Assembly (NCBI GenBank): GCA_047285535.1
Contig: JBJBDC010000001.1
Coordinates: 1,248,136 to 1,312,135, forward strand
Length of the DNA: 64,000 nt
From: Synechococcus sp.
GTDB lineage: Bacteria; Cyanobacteriota; Cyanobacteriia; PCC-6307; Cyanobiaceae
Direction of reading: 5' to 3'
Under the pieces are notes generated by a model, which saw only the letters and a program-made list of their open reading frames with translations, had not been told where the DNA came from and did no database searches. The position numbers and the translations under genes were made by a program. Position 1 is the stretch's first letter; every line of letters starts with the position of its first letter. This document shows, piece after piece, positions 1 to 9,186 of the stretch.

Positions 1-1265
1 CAAAATCAGCTTCGAAAGCCAAAACAACAAAGAAGGCAAGCGCTAAAACAAAAGCAAGCAGCACAAAAACAAAAGCAAGCAGCACAAAAACAAAAGCAAG
101 CAGTACAAAAGCGAAAGCAAGCAGTACAAAAACAAGCAAAGCGAAAGCAACTTCTACCACCGCCAAGTTGGAAGCGTCAGCTGATCAACTCCTTGCAGCG
201 ACTGACAAAACGACCGCAGTCGCAAAAATCAGCGATAGCGCAGCAACGTCAGCCACAGACGCCAAAGCAGAAGCCAAAGCCAAGGTTCTTGCAAGTATTA
301 AAGTTGGGCCGAAAGGGGTTTACACCGAAGACTCCATTCGTGTTTACCTTCAGGAAATAGGAAGAATCCGCCTTCTGCGTCCAGACGAAGAAATTGAATT
401 AGCTCGCAAAATTGCAGACCTGCTCCACCTCGAGGAACTGGCTGCACAGTTTGAAAGCGATAACGGCAAACTTCCTGTCACGAAGGAATGGGCTGCACTG
501 GTGGAAATGCCAGTGATTCGCTTCCGACGAAGGCTGATGCTTGGTCGTCGCGCAAAAGAAAAAATGGTGCAATCCAATTTGCGCCTTGTGGTGTCGATTG
601 CCAAAAAATATATGAATCGTGGCCTGAGCTTTCAGGACCTCATTCAGGAAGGCAGCCTGGGACTGATTCGAGCTGCTGAAAAATTCGACCACGAAAAGGG
701 CTACAAGTTTTCGACTTATGCCACTTGGTGGATCCGTCAAGCGATTACCCGCGCCATTGCCGATCAATCCCGAACCATCCGACTACCGGTTCACCTCTAC
801 GAGACCATTTCCAGGATCAAAAAAACCACCAAGGTGCTCAGCCAAGAATTCGGCCGTAAGCCTACAGAGGAAGAAATCGCAGAATCGATGGAAATGACCA
901 TCGAAAAATTGCGATTCATTGCCAAGAGTGCCCAACTTCCCATCTCGCTTGAAACTCCCATTGGCAAAGAAGAAGATTCACGCCTAGGCGACTTCATCGA
1001 AGCCGATATCGAAAATCCAGAACAAGATGTTGCCAAAAATCTTCTCCGCGAAGATCTTGAAGGAGTTCTTGCTACGCTTAGCCCTCGCGAAAGAGATGTC
1101 CTACGGCTTCGCTACGGCCTCGACGATGGTCGCATGAAAACATTGGAAGAAATTGGACAAATCTTTGATGTAACCCGCGAGAGGATTCGTCAGATAGAAG
1201 CCAAAGCACTCCGGAAATTACGCCATCCAAACAGAAACGGAGTTCTCAAGGAATACATCAAGTAA
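1..1265 (+). CDS. rpoD: RNA polymerase principal sigma factor (group 1 sigma70); 5' end lies upstream of the window
   Basis: Region 1.2 ([11 protein letters not shown]), region 2 ([36 protein letters not shown]) and region 4 HTH ([24 protein letters not shown]). The frame is open from position 3, so the TTG at 168 is not the true start. Confidence 0.97.
   Translation, partial: KSASKAKTTKKASAKTKASSTKTKASSTKTKASSTKAKASSTKTSKAKATSTTAKLEASADQLLAATDKTTAVAKISDSAATSATDAKAEAKAKVLASIKVGPKGVYTEDSIRVYLQEIGRIRLLRPDEEIELARKIADLLHLEELAAQFESDNGKLPVTKEWAALVEMPVIRFRRRLMLGRRAKEKMVQSNLRLVVSIAKKYMNRGLSFQDLIQEGSLGLIRAAEKFDHEKGYKFSTYATWWIRQAITRAIADQSRTIRLPVHLYETISRIKKTTKVLSQEFGRKPTEEEIAESMEMTIEKLRFIAKSAQLPISLETPIGKEEDSRLGDFIEADIENPEQDVAKNLLREDLEGVLATLSPRERDVLRLRYGLDDGRMKTLEEIGQIFDVTRERIRQIEAKALRKLRHPNRNGVLKEYIK
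45..134 (+). repeat. In-frame 21-bp tandem repeat (about 4.3 copies, K-T/A-K-A-S-S-T) in the low-complexity N-terminal extension of RpoD
   Basis: aaaacaaaagcaagcagcaca at 45-65 and 66-86, with variants at 87-107 and 108-128. Confidence 0.9.
1124..1263 (+). repeat. Left copy of the 140-bp island-bounding direct repeat (rpoD 3' end)
   Basis: Gap-free alignment to 17853-17992 with 9 mismatches. Confidence 0.95.
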
Positions 1266-1271
1266 CCTGAG

Positions 1272-1305
1272 TATTACTGAGACCTCTGTCTCTAATAGGG
1301 TTTTT
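1272..1305 (+). terminator. Possible rho-independent terminator of rpoD
   Basis: tatta-ct-gagac/ctct/gtctc-taata hairpin followed by ggg and a T run; the stem is weak. Confidence 0.35.
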
Positions 1306-1956
1306 ATTGAGCATTAAGATGTGTTATGGCCTGGTTTTTTGAAATCAGGGCCCCATTTTCTCAATCCTTAAAACTCACTCTTTTGATCATGCTTCTGAGC
1401 GTGCTGATCGGTACGTGATGCATGAGTAGCTCCAGGAACTGAGTACATAGGCTCCACTTACGTGGGGCTTTTTGATGAGTACCCATTCGGAGGATCAAGG
1501 ATTCGGAAGCACCGCTCCTCTTGAAGAGATGCAGGCGTGATAACAACTGATGCAAGCTGATTTGCAATGAATAGATCAAGCACTAGGTCTTCAGAAGAAT
1601 TTCCGCAAAAAAGGGGGTTCTCAAAGTCATCGACAGGCTTAGACCTTCACGCTTGTTCAGCAAGTTCTGCAAGAGCTACCCATTCTGGTGGAAGGGAACA
1701 CTGCAATCGCACAGGTTGCCTACTTTTGTAGGGAAGCGATTACCGGTGAAGAAGAGTAGTCGATCCCAATCGCGGCTCATCACCAGAGTTCGAGCCGCTG
1801 GCCTGGAACAGCAAAAGCATGTCGCCATGGGTAAAAAACCCTCCCCTGGGGCTCGAAATAAGAGTGTCGTAAACCATAGAAGCCCTCATCAAAGGAAGCG
1901 CGAAAAACCTAAAGAGAAGAAGAAATTTTCATTCAAACAAGACAGCAAAGTTTAGA

Positions 1957-3681
1957 GTGAATTTATTTGAAACTATGGAAATAAAATCATTCCTCGAAGG
2001 CAACCAAGACTTGGCAGAAGCATTGAGTGCTCTTCCCTTCATTGAAGAACTAGCCGAAACCGATTACGGCAGTATCTCGCTCAATAAATTTATCAACATC
2101 ATGGGTTCGAACGGATTTGAGGCTGAGAGTTTAAGAAGATCACTGCAGCAAGCCGTAGAATCTCTAATTGTAAATAACGAAACCCCACCAGAAGATCCCT
2201 TCAGCATTTCACTGGACGACTGGAAGCCATTAATTGGTGATGAGAGATCTAACGAAATAATCACAGCAATATCAAATTTGAATAAAGAAATTGACCTTGT
2301 AGCTGGTGGGACATCGTCCTCCAATCACAAAGCAGCTAGGGCGGTAGGAGCGACAGTAGTTGCAGCAGCCGGAGCTGCTACGCTTACATTCGCTGCAAAG
2401 AAATTGAAAGAGAACAAAAATAACATTGAGAAAGCCATCGAGATACAGGCCAAAATTGAGGCTGGCACTTTCGTTGAAGGCCGCGACATACCAGCAACAT
2501 GGACAAAAGATTGGCAGAACGCTAAAAAGGAAGTCGAAAGAAAGGCCAAAGATGCTGGAGTGTCACTGGAGGAGTATGAACGACGTGAATTTAGTGATGA
2601 ATTTTTCAGGGTGGGTGGACTGAAAGGCTTAGAGAAGCCTGTTATCAGTGCAATAGACAAAAATTTCCCCATTACAATCCTGCCGGAAGACTTAGCGAAG
2701 GCAAAAACAGCCATCAAGAAAGAACTGAAAACACAAGCCGATAATTTTGCAGAAACACGGTTTGGGATGGAATTCACCCTACATGGAGCAAAAGAAGAAA
2801 TAAAATCAATTGCCGATCAGATGATTGAAGAAAAGGTACTGACGCCAAGGATCTCGACAAGAAAGGTAGACGAATTAGCAACCAAAGCAACAGAAGCTGT
2901 ATTAGAATCATCAATAAAGACATTATACGAAAAAGATAAAGATCTAATAAAATTAATCAGCCCAGAAAACTTAAGAAGATTTGTCAAAGGCAAAATATCT
3001 GAAAGTGATTTAATTGAAAAAATAAAGACTAACAGCGCCTTTGCGAGGGCAAGTAAACGGGCAATACAATTCACAGAACAAGAGAAAGAAATGCTCTTGA
3101 AAGTTCCAACTGAATTCAAAAATAACATCCAAGGGATAAAAATAGACCTGAAAAAGTCAATGAAAAGCGCTTTAGACGATAAATTCAAAGAGACAATCAA
3201 CGAAAGAGCGGGGTTGGCGTTCAAGGAAGATTTTAATAAGGAAGATTTCAATCTTGAAACCTTAATGCCTAATTTAATAGACGATCATACTAAAATAAAG
3301 AAAATTTCCGCCAAGATCACGGCATTATCCGAGTCAGATATAATTAGCGATAAATTTGGAGGTGCAATAACCAAGGATATTGTTAAAGGCGCAGTGCAAG
3401 ATGTAAGAACAGAAGTCAGAAAAGAACTGAGAGACGTAATTGAAAAAGACTTAGTAAGCGCAGGGGAAATGCGTATGGAAAAAGAACTTGACATCGAAAC
3501 AGGAAAAGTTTCGGAAAAGATAGAAAAAGAATATATAGATAAATTTGAAACCCTTATAGATGATACAGCCAAAACGGATGTGGCCAAAGTAGCAAAAGCA
3601 TTTGAAAAAGATATTGCAAATCAACTTGTTAACGACCTTTCAGACTTTGGCGGTGGAAAGATAATAGATAAAATGGAGTAG
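1957..3681 (+). CDS. Large hypothetical protein (574 aa) with a Nif11-like double-glycine leader (EIDLVAGG, residue 118); putative PCAT substrate
   Basis: Long ORF; the leader ends ...LNKEIDLVAGG at nt 2310, followed by an Ala/Gly-rich hydrophobic stretch and a Lys/Glu-rich helical body; no Cys. The start could be ATG 1975. Confidence 0.8.
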   Translation: MNLFETMEIKSFLEGNQDLAEALSALPFIEELAETDYGSISLNKFINIMGSNGFEAESLRRSLQQAVESLIVNNETPPEDPFSISLDDWKPLIGDERSNEIITAISNLNKEIDLVAGGTSSSNHKAARAVGATVVAAAGAATLTFAAKKLKENKNNIEKAIEIQAKIEAGTFVEGRDIPATWTKDWQNAKKEVERKAKDAGVSLEEYERREFSDEFFRVGGLKGLEKPVISAIDKNFPITILPEDLAKAKTAIKKELKTQADNFAETRFGMEFTLHGAKEEIKSIADQMIEEKVLTPRISTRKVDELATKATEAVLESSIKTLYEKDKDLIKLISPENLRRFVKGKISESDLIEKIKTNSAFARASKRAIQFTEQEKEMLLKVPTEFKNNIQGIKIDLKKSMKSALDDKFKETINERAGLAFKEDFNKEDFNLETLMPNLIDDHTKIKKISAKITALSESDIISDKFGGAITKDIVKGAVQDVRTEVRKELRDVIEKDLVSAGEMRMEKELDIETGKVSEKIEKEYIDKFETLIDDTAKTDVAKVAKAFEKDIANQLVNDLSDFGGGKIIDKME

Positions 3682-3829
3682 GTCAAGAAAAAAAAGATAA
3701 GTTCCGACAATTAATTGTGAATATGAGCGCTTCAATAGTGTTATTTCTAAGCAGGTTGCTCATTAGCAAATTGAGCTGTCAGGTCGCTTCCTATTGGAGT
3801 GTCACGGACCAACCATGACCAAACAACTC

Positions 3830-4569
3830 ATACATGCAAAATCCAATGCCCATCTCACTCACAAGAGTCATCTGAAATTTAGCTCTCATCTCCTGAAAGA
3901 CCACCGACCCTGGCTGAAATGGCTGCAGAAGCTGAGATCGTTCTGCGATGTACCTACAGTTGGCTGAACTGGCGTCACAACAACAGGCTGTGAAACCTGG
4001 AGCGCGTGCCTCCTGTACAGCCCAACAAACACCTGACACCAGGCATCATGAACCACATCGAAATGCAAAAACTGTACTGCTTTTGTAAAGCGAGAAAACG
4101 CAACTTGGAAAAAACAGCGTCGCTAATCTGAAGTGAGAAACGACCAAGGCTGTGTTGCCATCGAAAAGGCCAAACGACTGGCCTAGTCGGAGTGCTTCCC
4201 GAAGAGCAGCAGGGCACAGGGATCGGCTTGATGAGCCGTGCATGGGACTGATTTAACGACAAAGGTCTCGAATGCGATCAGATAATGAACGACAACAGCC
4301 CCAACTACATCACACGCAGAGTTGCCAAAGCTTGCAAGTCGCTGGGCCTTGAGCTCAGACGAACCACTCTGTACACACTGCGGAGCATCGGCAAAACTAA
4401 ACGTTTTGAAAAATCCTTGGTAAAGAGTGGAATTACGAATGTTCGTCAAGAACGCTGAGGAGCACATCCCCTGGCTGCCCTGGGATCTCTGAATCTATAA
4501 CCAGATCAGGGGGCAAACGGTCATCGAAACAATTCAGCTCACCAACGGTTCCATCAGCTGCTCTGCTAA
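3830..4569 (+). pseudogene. Decayed IS481-family DDE transposase
   Basis: Ordered fragments across frameshifts and stops: SNAHLTHKSHL..DHRP / LAEMAAEAEIVLRCTYSWL / NLERVPPVQ..PGIMNHIEMQKL / CVAIEKAKRLA* / VLPEEQQGTGIGLMSRAWD*FNDKGLECDQIMNDNSPNYITRRVAKACKSLGLELRRTTLYTLRSIGKTKRF / KEWNY / WLPWDL*IYNQIR / QLLC*. They match the IS481 motifs HVAIDD..RLAY.EVL.DE, M.DNG..Y...FAKAC..LG...RT..YTPRTNGKAERF and EWAY. Confidence 0.85.
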
Positions 4570-4814
4570 TCAACAAGGGAAAAATCAAAGGCAAGTCACA
4601 ATGACAATGCCTTAAATGAATAGAAAGCATGTCAGCTGAAATTAAGTTGCGTCGAAATAAAATCGCAACCGATAAATGACTGGAAAAGACTACGAAGAAA
4701 AAACAAAATAGAGACCAATACATTCAACCAACCATCCCTCATAGACAAATAAAAAATTCATAAAAGCTTTGAGTCAAAACTATTGCGCAAGTCAAGAAAA
4801 ATATGGCCTCATGC

Positions 4815-4859
4815 TTGTTTTGTATATTTGATTCAAATCGAATCAAATATACAAAACAA
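4815..4859. repeat. Perfect 20-bp inverted repeat with a 5-nt spacer
   Basis: ttgttttgtatatttgattc-aaatc-gaatcaaatatacaaaacaa. Confidence 0.95.
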
Positions 4860-4950
4860 AGCAAGACGAGTCTCAAATTCATGAAGAGTTATTGCAGAAT
4901 TAAACCGGCTTAACGGTGGCTGCTAAAAATATAGATATCGATATTTCTCA

Positions 4951-5268
4951 ATGACAAGTTCTACAGCTTTGGACACAAAGGCTGACAGTGAAGGTAGCGA
5001 ACAGTTGTCTGAGAAATTTATTGAATGTCTACAAACTCAAGCTGGTGAGATTGCAGAAAAATTCCCAAACATTAACCCAATGGAGGCTCACGCCTGTGCC
5101 TTGATCTTTGTTGATACATTGGCCAAACTTCATGAGGCTGGACTCGAGGAGTCAGTTAAAGCTGGAGATGCAAGGCAAGCAGGATCTTGGACCAGAGACC
5201 TTACCATTTTTGAAACAGTCATATCACTCCTCAGAAACATCCAACCACTTGATATAGACGCAATATAA
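4951..5268 (+). CDS. Hypothetical acidic protein (105 aa)
   Basis: ATG-started ORF with protein-like helical composition; no family recognised. Confidence 0.65.
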   Translation: MTSSTALDTKADSEGSEQLSEKFIECLQTQAGEIAEKFPNINPMEAHACALIFVDTLAKLHEAGLEESVKAGDARQAGSWTRDLTIFETVISLLRNIQPLDIDAI

Positions 5269-5491
5269 TTGTTTAAAGGAGCTATAAAAAACATAATCTT
5301 GGAGATTCCAAGACAATGGAAAGATCATTTATGAATCAATATTCCAAGTCACATCTAGATTTAGCGATAAACAAATACGATCAAAAGAAAAAAATTGAAT
5401 CCTCTGCCTGAAAATACAGTTAGTAAAAAGGATTGCTAAACGAGAAGCCATCACAGAATCTTTGCCATCTAAGCATCTTTTTTTCTAAATT

Positions 5492-5517
5492 TATCCATAC
5501 CTAGAAAGGTATGGATA
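5492..5517. repeat. Perfect 11-bp inverted repeat upstream of the export operon
   Basis: tatccatacct-agaa-aggtatggata. Confidence 0.85.
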
Positions 5518-5845
5518 CAAGATCTAAACTGAACAAAACAATGTTCAAAGCGACACCACGTCTTTGAAAAGGGATAAAGAATTGAACAAAAAGGATATTG
5601 AATAAACACAAGTAACGTCAGGTCACGGTTTATTTGCTGTTAACGAATAGAAGCATCACCATGTTAGATATAAAATCATTGGAGGATCGAAGCGAGCAGA
5701 AAGCAAGTAGATCTAATTCATTGCACAGGGAGGAGCAATGGTCGCAATATAAGACAAACCAGCAAGCGTTAGGATATACATATATTTTATTTAAGAGCCT
5801 TGATTTGATGGAAAATAAACGTAAAATACAAAAAAATTAGAGCCT

Positions 5846-7051
5846 GTGAAAAACAAGCTGACAGAAGCAGCTGTCAAGAAACCCTTTCTCATAACGACAG
5901 TCTGCTTGTCAGCCTTAGGAGCTACGACACTAATTTGGTCAATATTTGGAAACCTTAAATTAGAATCAACAGGCATCGGAGTTATTTTGAGGGGCAAACA
6001 TTTTGTCACCATTTCAGCGCAAACAAGCGGAGTAATCAATAAGCAATACTTTAAATTAAACGATAAAGTACTTAAAGGTGAAAAAATTCTGTCTATGGCT
6101 AGCGAAATTAATAAAATCAGATTAGAGCAATCTCTTAAAACAATAAGCGAAACTCAGCCTTTAATTAAGCAAGCAAATAAAGCCGGAGAAGCAGATCTAA
6201 AAATTGCATCTGATTCGATAATCCGAGCGAGAAAGAATTTAGAGGCATCAATGCCAAAACTACAAGAACTTATTAAAGATCAAGAAATTGCATACAACGG
6301 ATTATTGAAGTTGTACTCAAATGGGCAGGTTGGAACACAAGAACTGGCAAATTCATTTTCGACACTATCAAGGCTCAAGCAACAAAGACAAGAATTAAGA
6401 CGACAGCTCCAAAATATAGAATCCAACTACAATCAACTACTGCAACAAAATGCTCAAAATGAAATACAATTAAGTTCAGAGATGATTGCCAATCAATCAC
6501 TGAAAGCTCAATTATTGCAGAAAATTAAACTCGCAAAAAATATACGAGCGCCGTTATCTGGGACAATCGTAAGCTACAACGTACCTGTTGGTGGATTTGC
6601 ACAAGAGGGAGATCCTTTAATAACGCTGAGCCCATCAGAAGGGCCACTGCGGGCAATTATCCTGGTTGGCGCAAAAGATTATGGAAGAGTCAAAGTAGGC
6701 AATAAAGCTTTAATCTCTCCAAGTGCTAGCCCGGCAATTAGATTTGGATATATTGAAGGTAGAGTATTTTCAAAGTCAGAAGCACCTGCAACAAGTGCAG
6801 AGCTAATAAAAGCATTTGGCTCTCAAGAGATAGCTCAAACATTAATCAATAGTTTTTCAAGGCAAGGAAGAGCTGATCTGCCTTATCTTGTTGATATTAT
6901 CATTGATCAAAAGAATAATGAGCCAATTTGGACCCTTGGGAAGCAACCACCGTGGGGTGTCAGTTTAGGAAGTGAGGCATCTGTGAGAATAGTATCAGAT
7001 GAAACGAGTCCTATCAGTTTAGTAATACCCTTTATACGAGGAGGGATATGA
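5846..7051 (+). CDS. HlyD-family membrane fusion protein, NHLM bacteriocin secretion type
   Basis: N-terminal TM ending WSIFG, GIGVIL, lipoyl half-motifs (ISAQTSGVI / IRAPLSGTI..GDPL), a central coiled coil, and RFGYIEGRV. Confidence 0.9.
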   Translation: MKNKLTEAAVKKPFLITTVCLSALGATTLIWSIFGNLKLESTGIGVILRGKHFVTISAQTSGVINKQYFKLNDKVLKGEKILSMASEINKIRLEQSLKTISETQPLIKQANKAGEADLKIASDSIIRARKNLEASMPKLQELIKDQEIAYNGLLKLYSNGQVGTQELANSFSTLSRLKQQRQELRRQLQNIESNYNQLLQQNAQNEIQLSSEMIANQSLKAQLLQKIKLAKNIRAPLSGTIVSYNVPVGGFAQEGDPLITLSPSEGPLRAIILVGAKDYGRVKVGNKALISPSASPAIRFGYIEGRVFSKSEAPATSAELIKAFGSQEIAQTLINSFSRQGRADLPYLVDIIIDQKNNEPIWTLGKQPPWGVSLGSEASVRIVSDETSPISLVIPFIRGGI

Positions 7052-9186
7052 ATATAAATAACGCATTAGATTCTCTCCTTCGAAATGCATCGAGACAACC
7101 TCCATTTAATATTATTTTTCAATCAGACGAAACAGAATGCGGATTAGCATCATTAGTAATGGTGCTCAATATTTTTGGCAAAGATATCACGATCGAAAAA
7201 ATACGCAATGATTATGGCTCTACGAGAGGTGGGATGTCTATCGGTGAATTACGAAAACTTTCCATACTCTACGGTCTATTAGCATTGCCAGCAAAAGGAA
7301 ATCTGATTAAAAATGATAAATGCCCTGTAATTATATTTGCACACGGGGATCATTTTGCTGTTCTATGGGAAACCAAGAACAATCAATACTTCATAGCCGA
7401 TCCAGCTGATGGCAACCTTGTGTTGTCTCAATCAGAATTTGATGATTATTACTCTGGCATTTATATTGAGTTCAAAACAACTAGTAAATTCCAGATTACA
7501 GAAGCCAAAAATATTTCAAGAGAGCAAGATTCAACGCCGTCGCTGTCTACACTTTTATATAACAACAAAACCATAAACAGGTTAATAATACTATTTGCGT
7601 TTATTGCAGCATTTTTCACATTATTCAATGCAGCAATTCAAGATGTGTTCATGACCTATGTAGTAGAAGAAGGCCTTACTCTTTGGACAAAAGGCATGAT
7701 ATCTATAACAATAATAGTATCTATTGGCTTAGCATTGGCAACCTTCATGATGCAGATTGCTGCGCAAAGACAACTTCAAAACTCACTTCAGGGATGGAAT
7801 ATTGAACTTTTTAGTTCACTGTTTAGGGCTCCATATCAGTTTTTCATCAATAAAACATCAGGATTAATTGTCTCAAGATTCAATCAACTTGAAGAATCAT
7901 TTACCGGTTATCAATCATCAGTCATTGCGGCTTTAACAGGAGCCCTAAATCTTCTTATATTTATAGTCGCCGTAACAGTAGTCAGTATTCCTCTTGCATT
8001 TATTTCGGTAATAGGAATTGCAGGTTTTATGGCGGTTGGCTATAGGTTCCTCGGAATTAATATACAAAATAATTACCGATTAAGGGAAGCAGAATGTAAA
8101 GTATCTTCTTCTGAATTCAAACTTATACAAGGAAGAAATCAAATAACATTAGAAAACGGTGAGCAATCAATACTCAGAGAATTATCTTCTGGCTATTCAG
8201 CCTTGGGCACATCTCAACTCTCAATACAAACAACAGAGATTAGAAGTGAATTCATGCTTGGCATGATTGATCAATTACTTAACACTTTCCTTCTTATTAT
8301 ATCCTCTATTTTAATCGTCAAGGGCAATCTGACCACAGGAACTTATGCCGCTATCAATGTAATTATTGGAACAGCACTTGAGCCTATTCGGTCACTGGCT
8401 TCCCTAGTAGAGCAACTTCAGAATTCAAGGTTAATTTATAAATCTGCTCTTGACCTTTATCAACCAGAATCAAATGAAGTGATCACCACAAACAATGAAT
8501 TGAATATGGATAACCCTATGCTTAGCCTTTACAAAGTAACATTCAAGTATTCACTTTATGCAGAACCAATCTTTGAAAATATAAGTATCAGAATTGCTCA
8601 TCCTAAAAAGGAATGTATGATTGTAAGGTTATCCGGATCAAGCGGATCTGGGAAAAGTTCATTACTCAACGTGATTTCTGGATTGGTAAAACCGAACACG
8701 GGTTTGGTCAAAGTCTTTGGGATCAACACATCAAACACATCTCCTCAAAAAATCAGGCATATTATTCAATATATCGATAGAAATGTAATCATAGTAAAAG
8801 GATCAGTGGAAATGAACACTAGATTGGGAACAAGTGCAAGTCATAGTGAATACGAAGAGGCTGTGGAGATGTTGGGGCTAAGTTCACAAACAATCTTTAG
8901 CCAACAAAGCAAGCGCTACCTTGCTGATCAATCATCTATTAGCGTAGGTCAATCAATCATGATTGCCCTCGTCCGATCAGTTCTGATCAAACCCAAGTTA
9001 CTCCTAGTTGATGAAGCACTAGTCAGTATTCCTGAACAACTTCATGTCGGAATAATACGTGGGCTGAGAACACTGGGAATAAGCGCAATCATTGTTCAGC
9101 ATGGTAATGACGGCTTTATTTCAAAACTTGCCACTATCGATCTTGATAGGTTTAAAAATGAATCCGGGGAGGCTCTGGAGAAATGA
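7048..9186 (+). CDS. Peptidase-containing ABC transporter (C39 peptidase + TMD + NBD)
   Basis: C39 catalytic motifs QSDETECGLASL (Cys), HFAVL (His) and IADPA (Asp); several TM helices; Walker A GSSGSGKSS; Walker B LLLVDE; ATGA overlap with the upstream gene. Confidence 0.93.
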   Translation: MNINNALDSLLRNASRQPPFNIIFQSDETECGLASLVMVLNIFGKDITIEKIRNDYGSTRGGMSIGELRKLSILYGLLALPAKGNLIKNDKCPVIIFAHGDHFAVLWETKNNQYFIADPADGNLVLSQSEFDDYYSGIYIEFKTTSKFQITEAKNISREQDSTPSLSTLLYNNKTINRLIILFAFIAAFFTLFNAAIQDVFMTYVVEEGLTLWTKGMISITIIVSIGLALATFMMQIAAQRQLQNSLQGWNIELFSSLFRAPYQFFINKTSGLIVSRFNQLEESFTGYQSSVIAALTGALNLLIFIVAVTVVSIPLAFISVIGIAGFMAVGYRFLGINIQNNYRLREAECKVSSSEFKLIQGRNQITLENGEQSILRELSSGYSALGTSQLSIQTTEIRSEFMLGMIDQLLNTFLLIISSILIVKGNLTTGTYAAINVIIGTALEPIRSLASLVEQLQNSRLIYKSALDLYQPESNEVITTNNELNMDNPMLSLYKVTFKYSLYAEPIFENISIRIAHPKKECMIVRLSGSSGSGKSSLLNVISGLVKPNTGLVKVFGINTSNTSPQKIRHIIQYIDRNVIIVKGSVEMNTRLGTSASHSEYEEAVEMLGLSSQTIFSQQSKRYLADQSSISVGQSIMIALVRSVLIKPKLLLVDEALVSIPEQLHVGIIRGLRTLGISAIIVQHGNDGFISKLATIDLDRFKNESGEALEK

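Noticed and set aside
1653..1955. 100-aa basic ORF just upstream of the 574-aa gene
   Set aside because: TTG start, low-complexity basic composition and no recognisable motif; probably a chance ORF in degraded DNA
4186..4230. VLPEEQQGTGIG looked like a GNAT acetyl-CoA motif
   Set aside because: The flanking residues fit the IS481 transposase core collinearly
5634..5840. 68-aa ORF before HlyD as a possible small precursor peptide
   Set aside because: No Gly-Gly cleavage motif and no leader similarity
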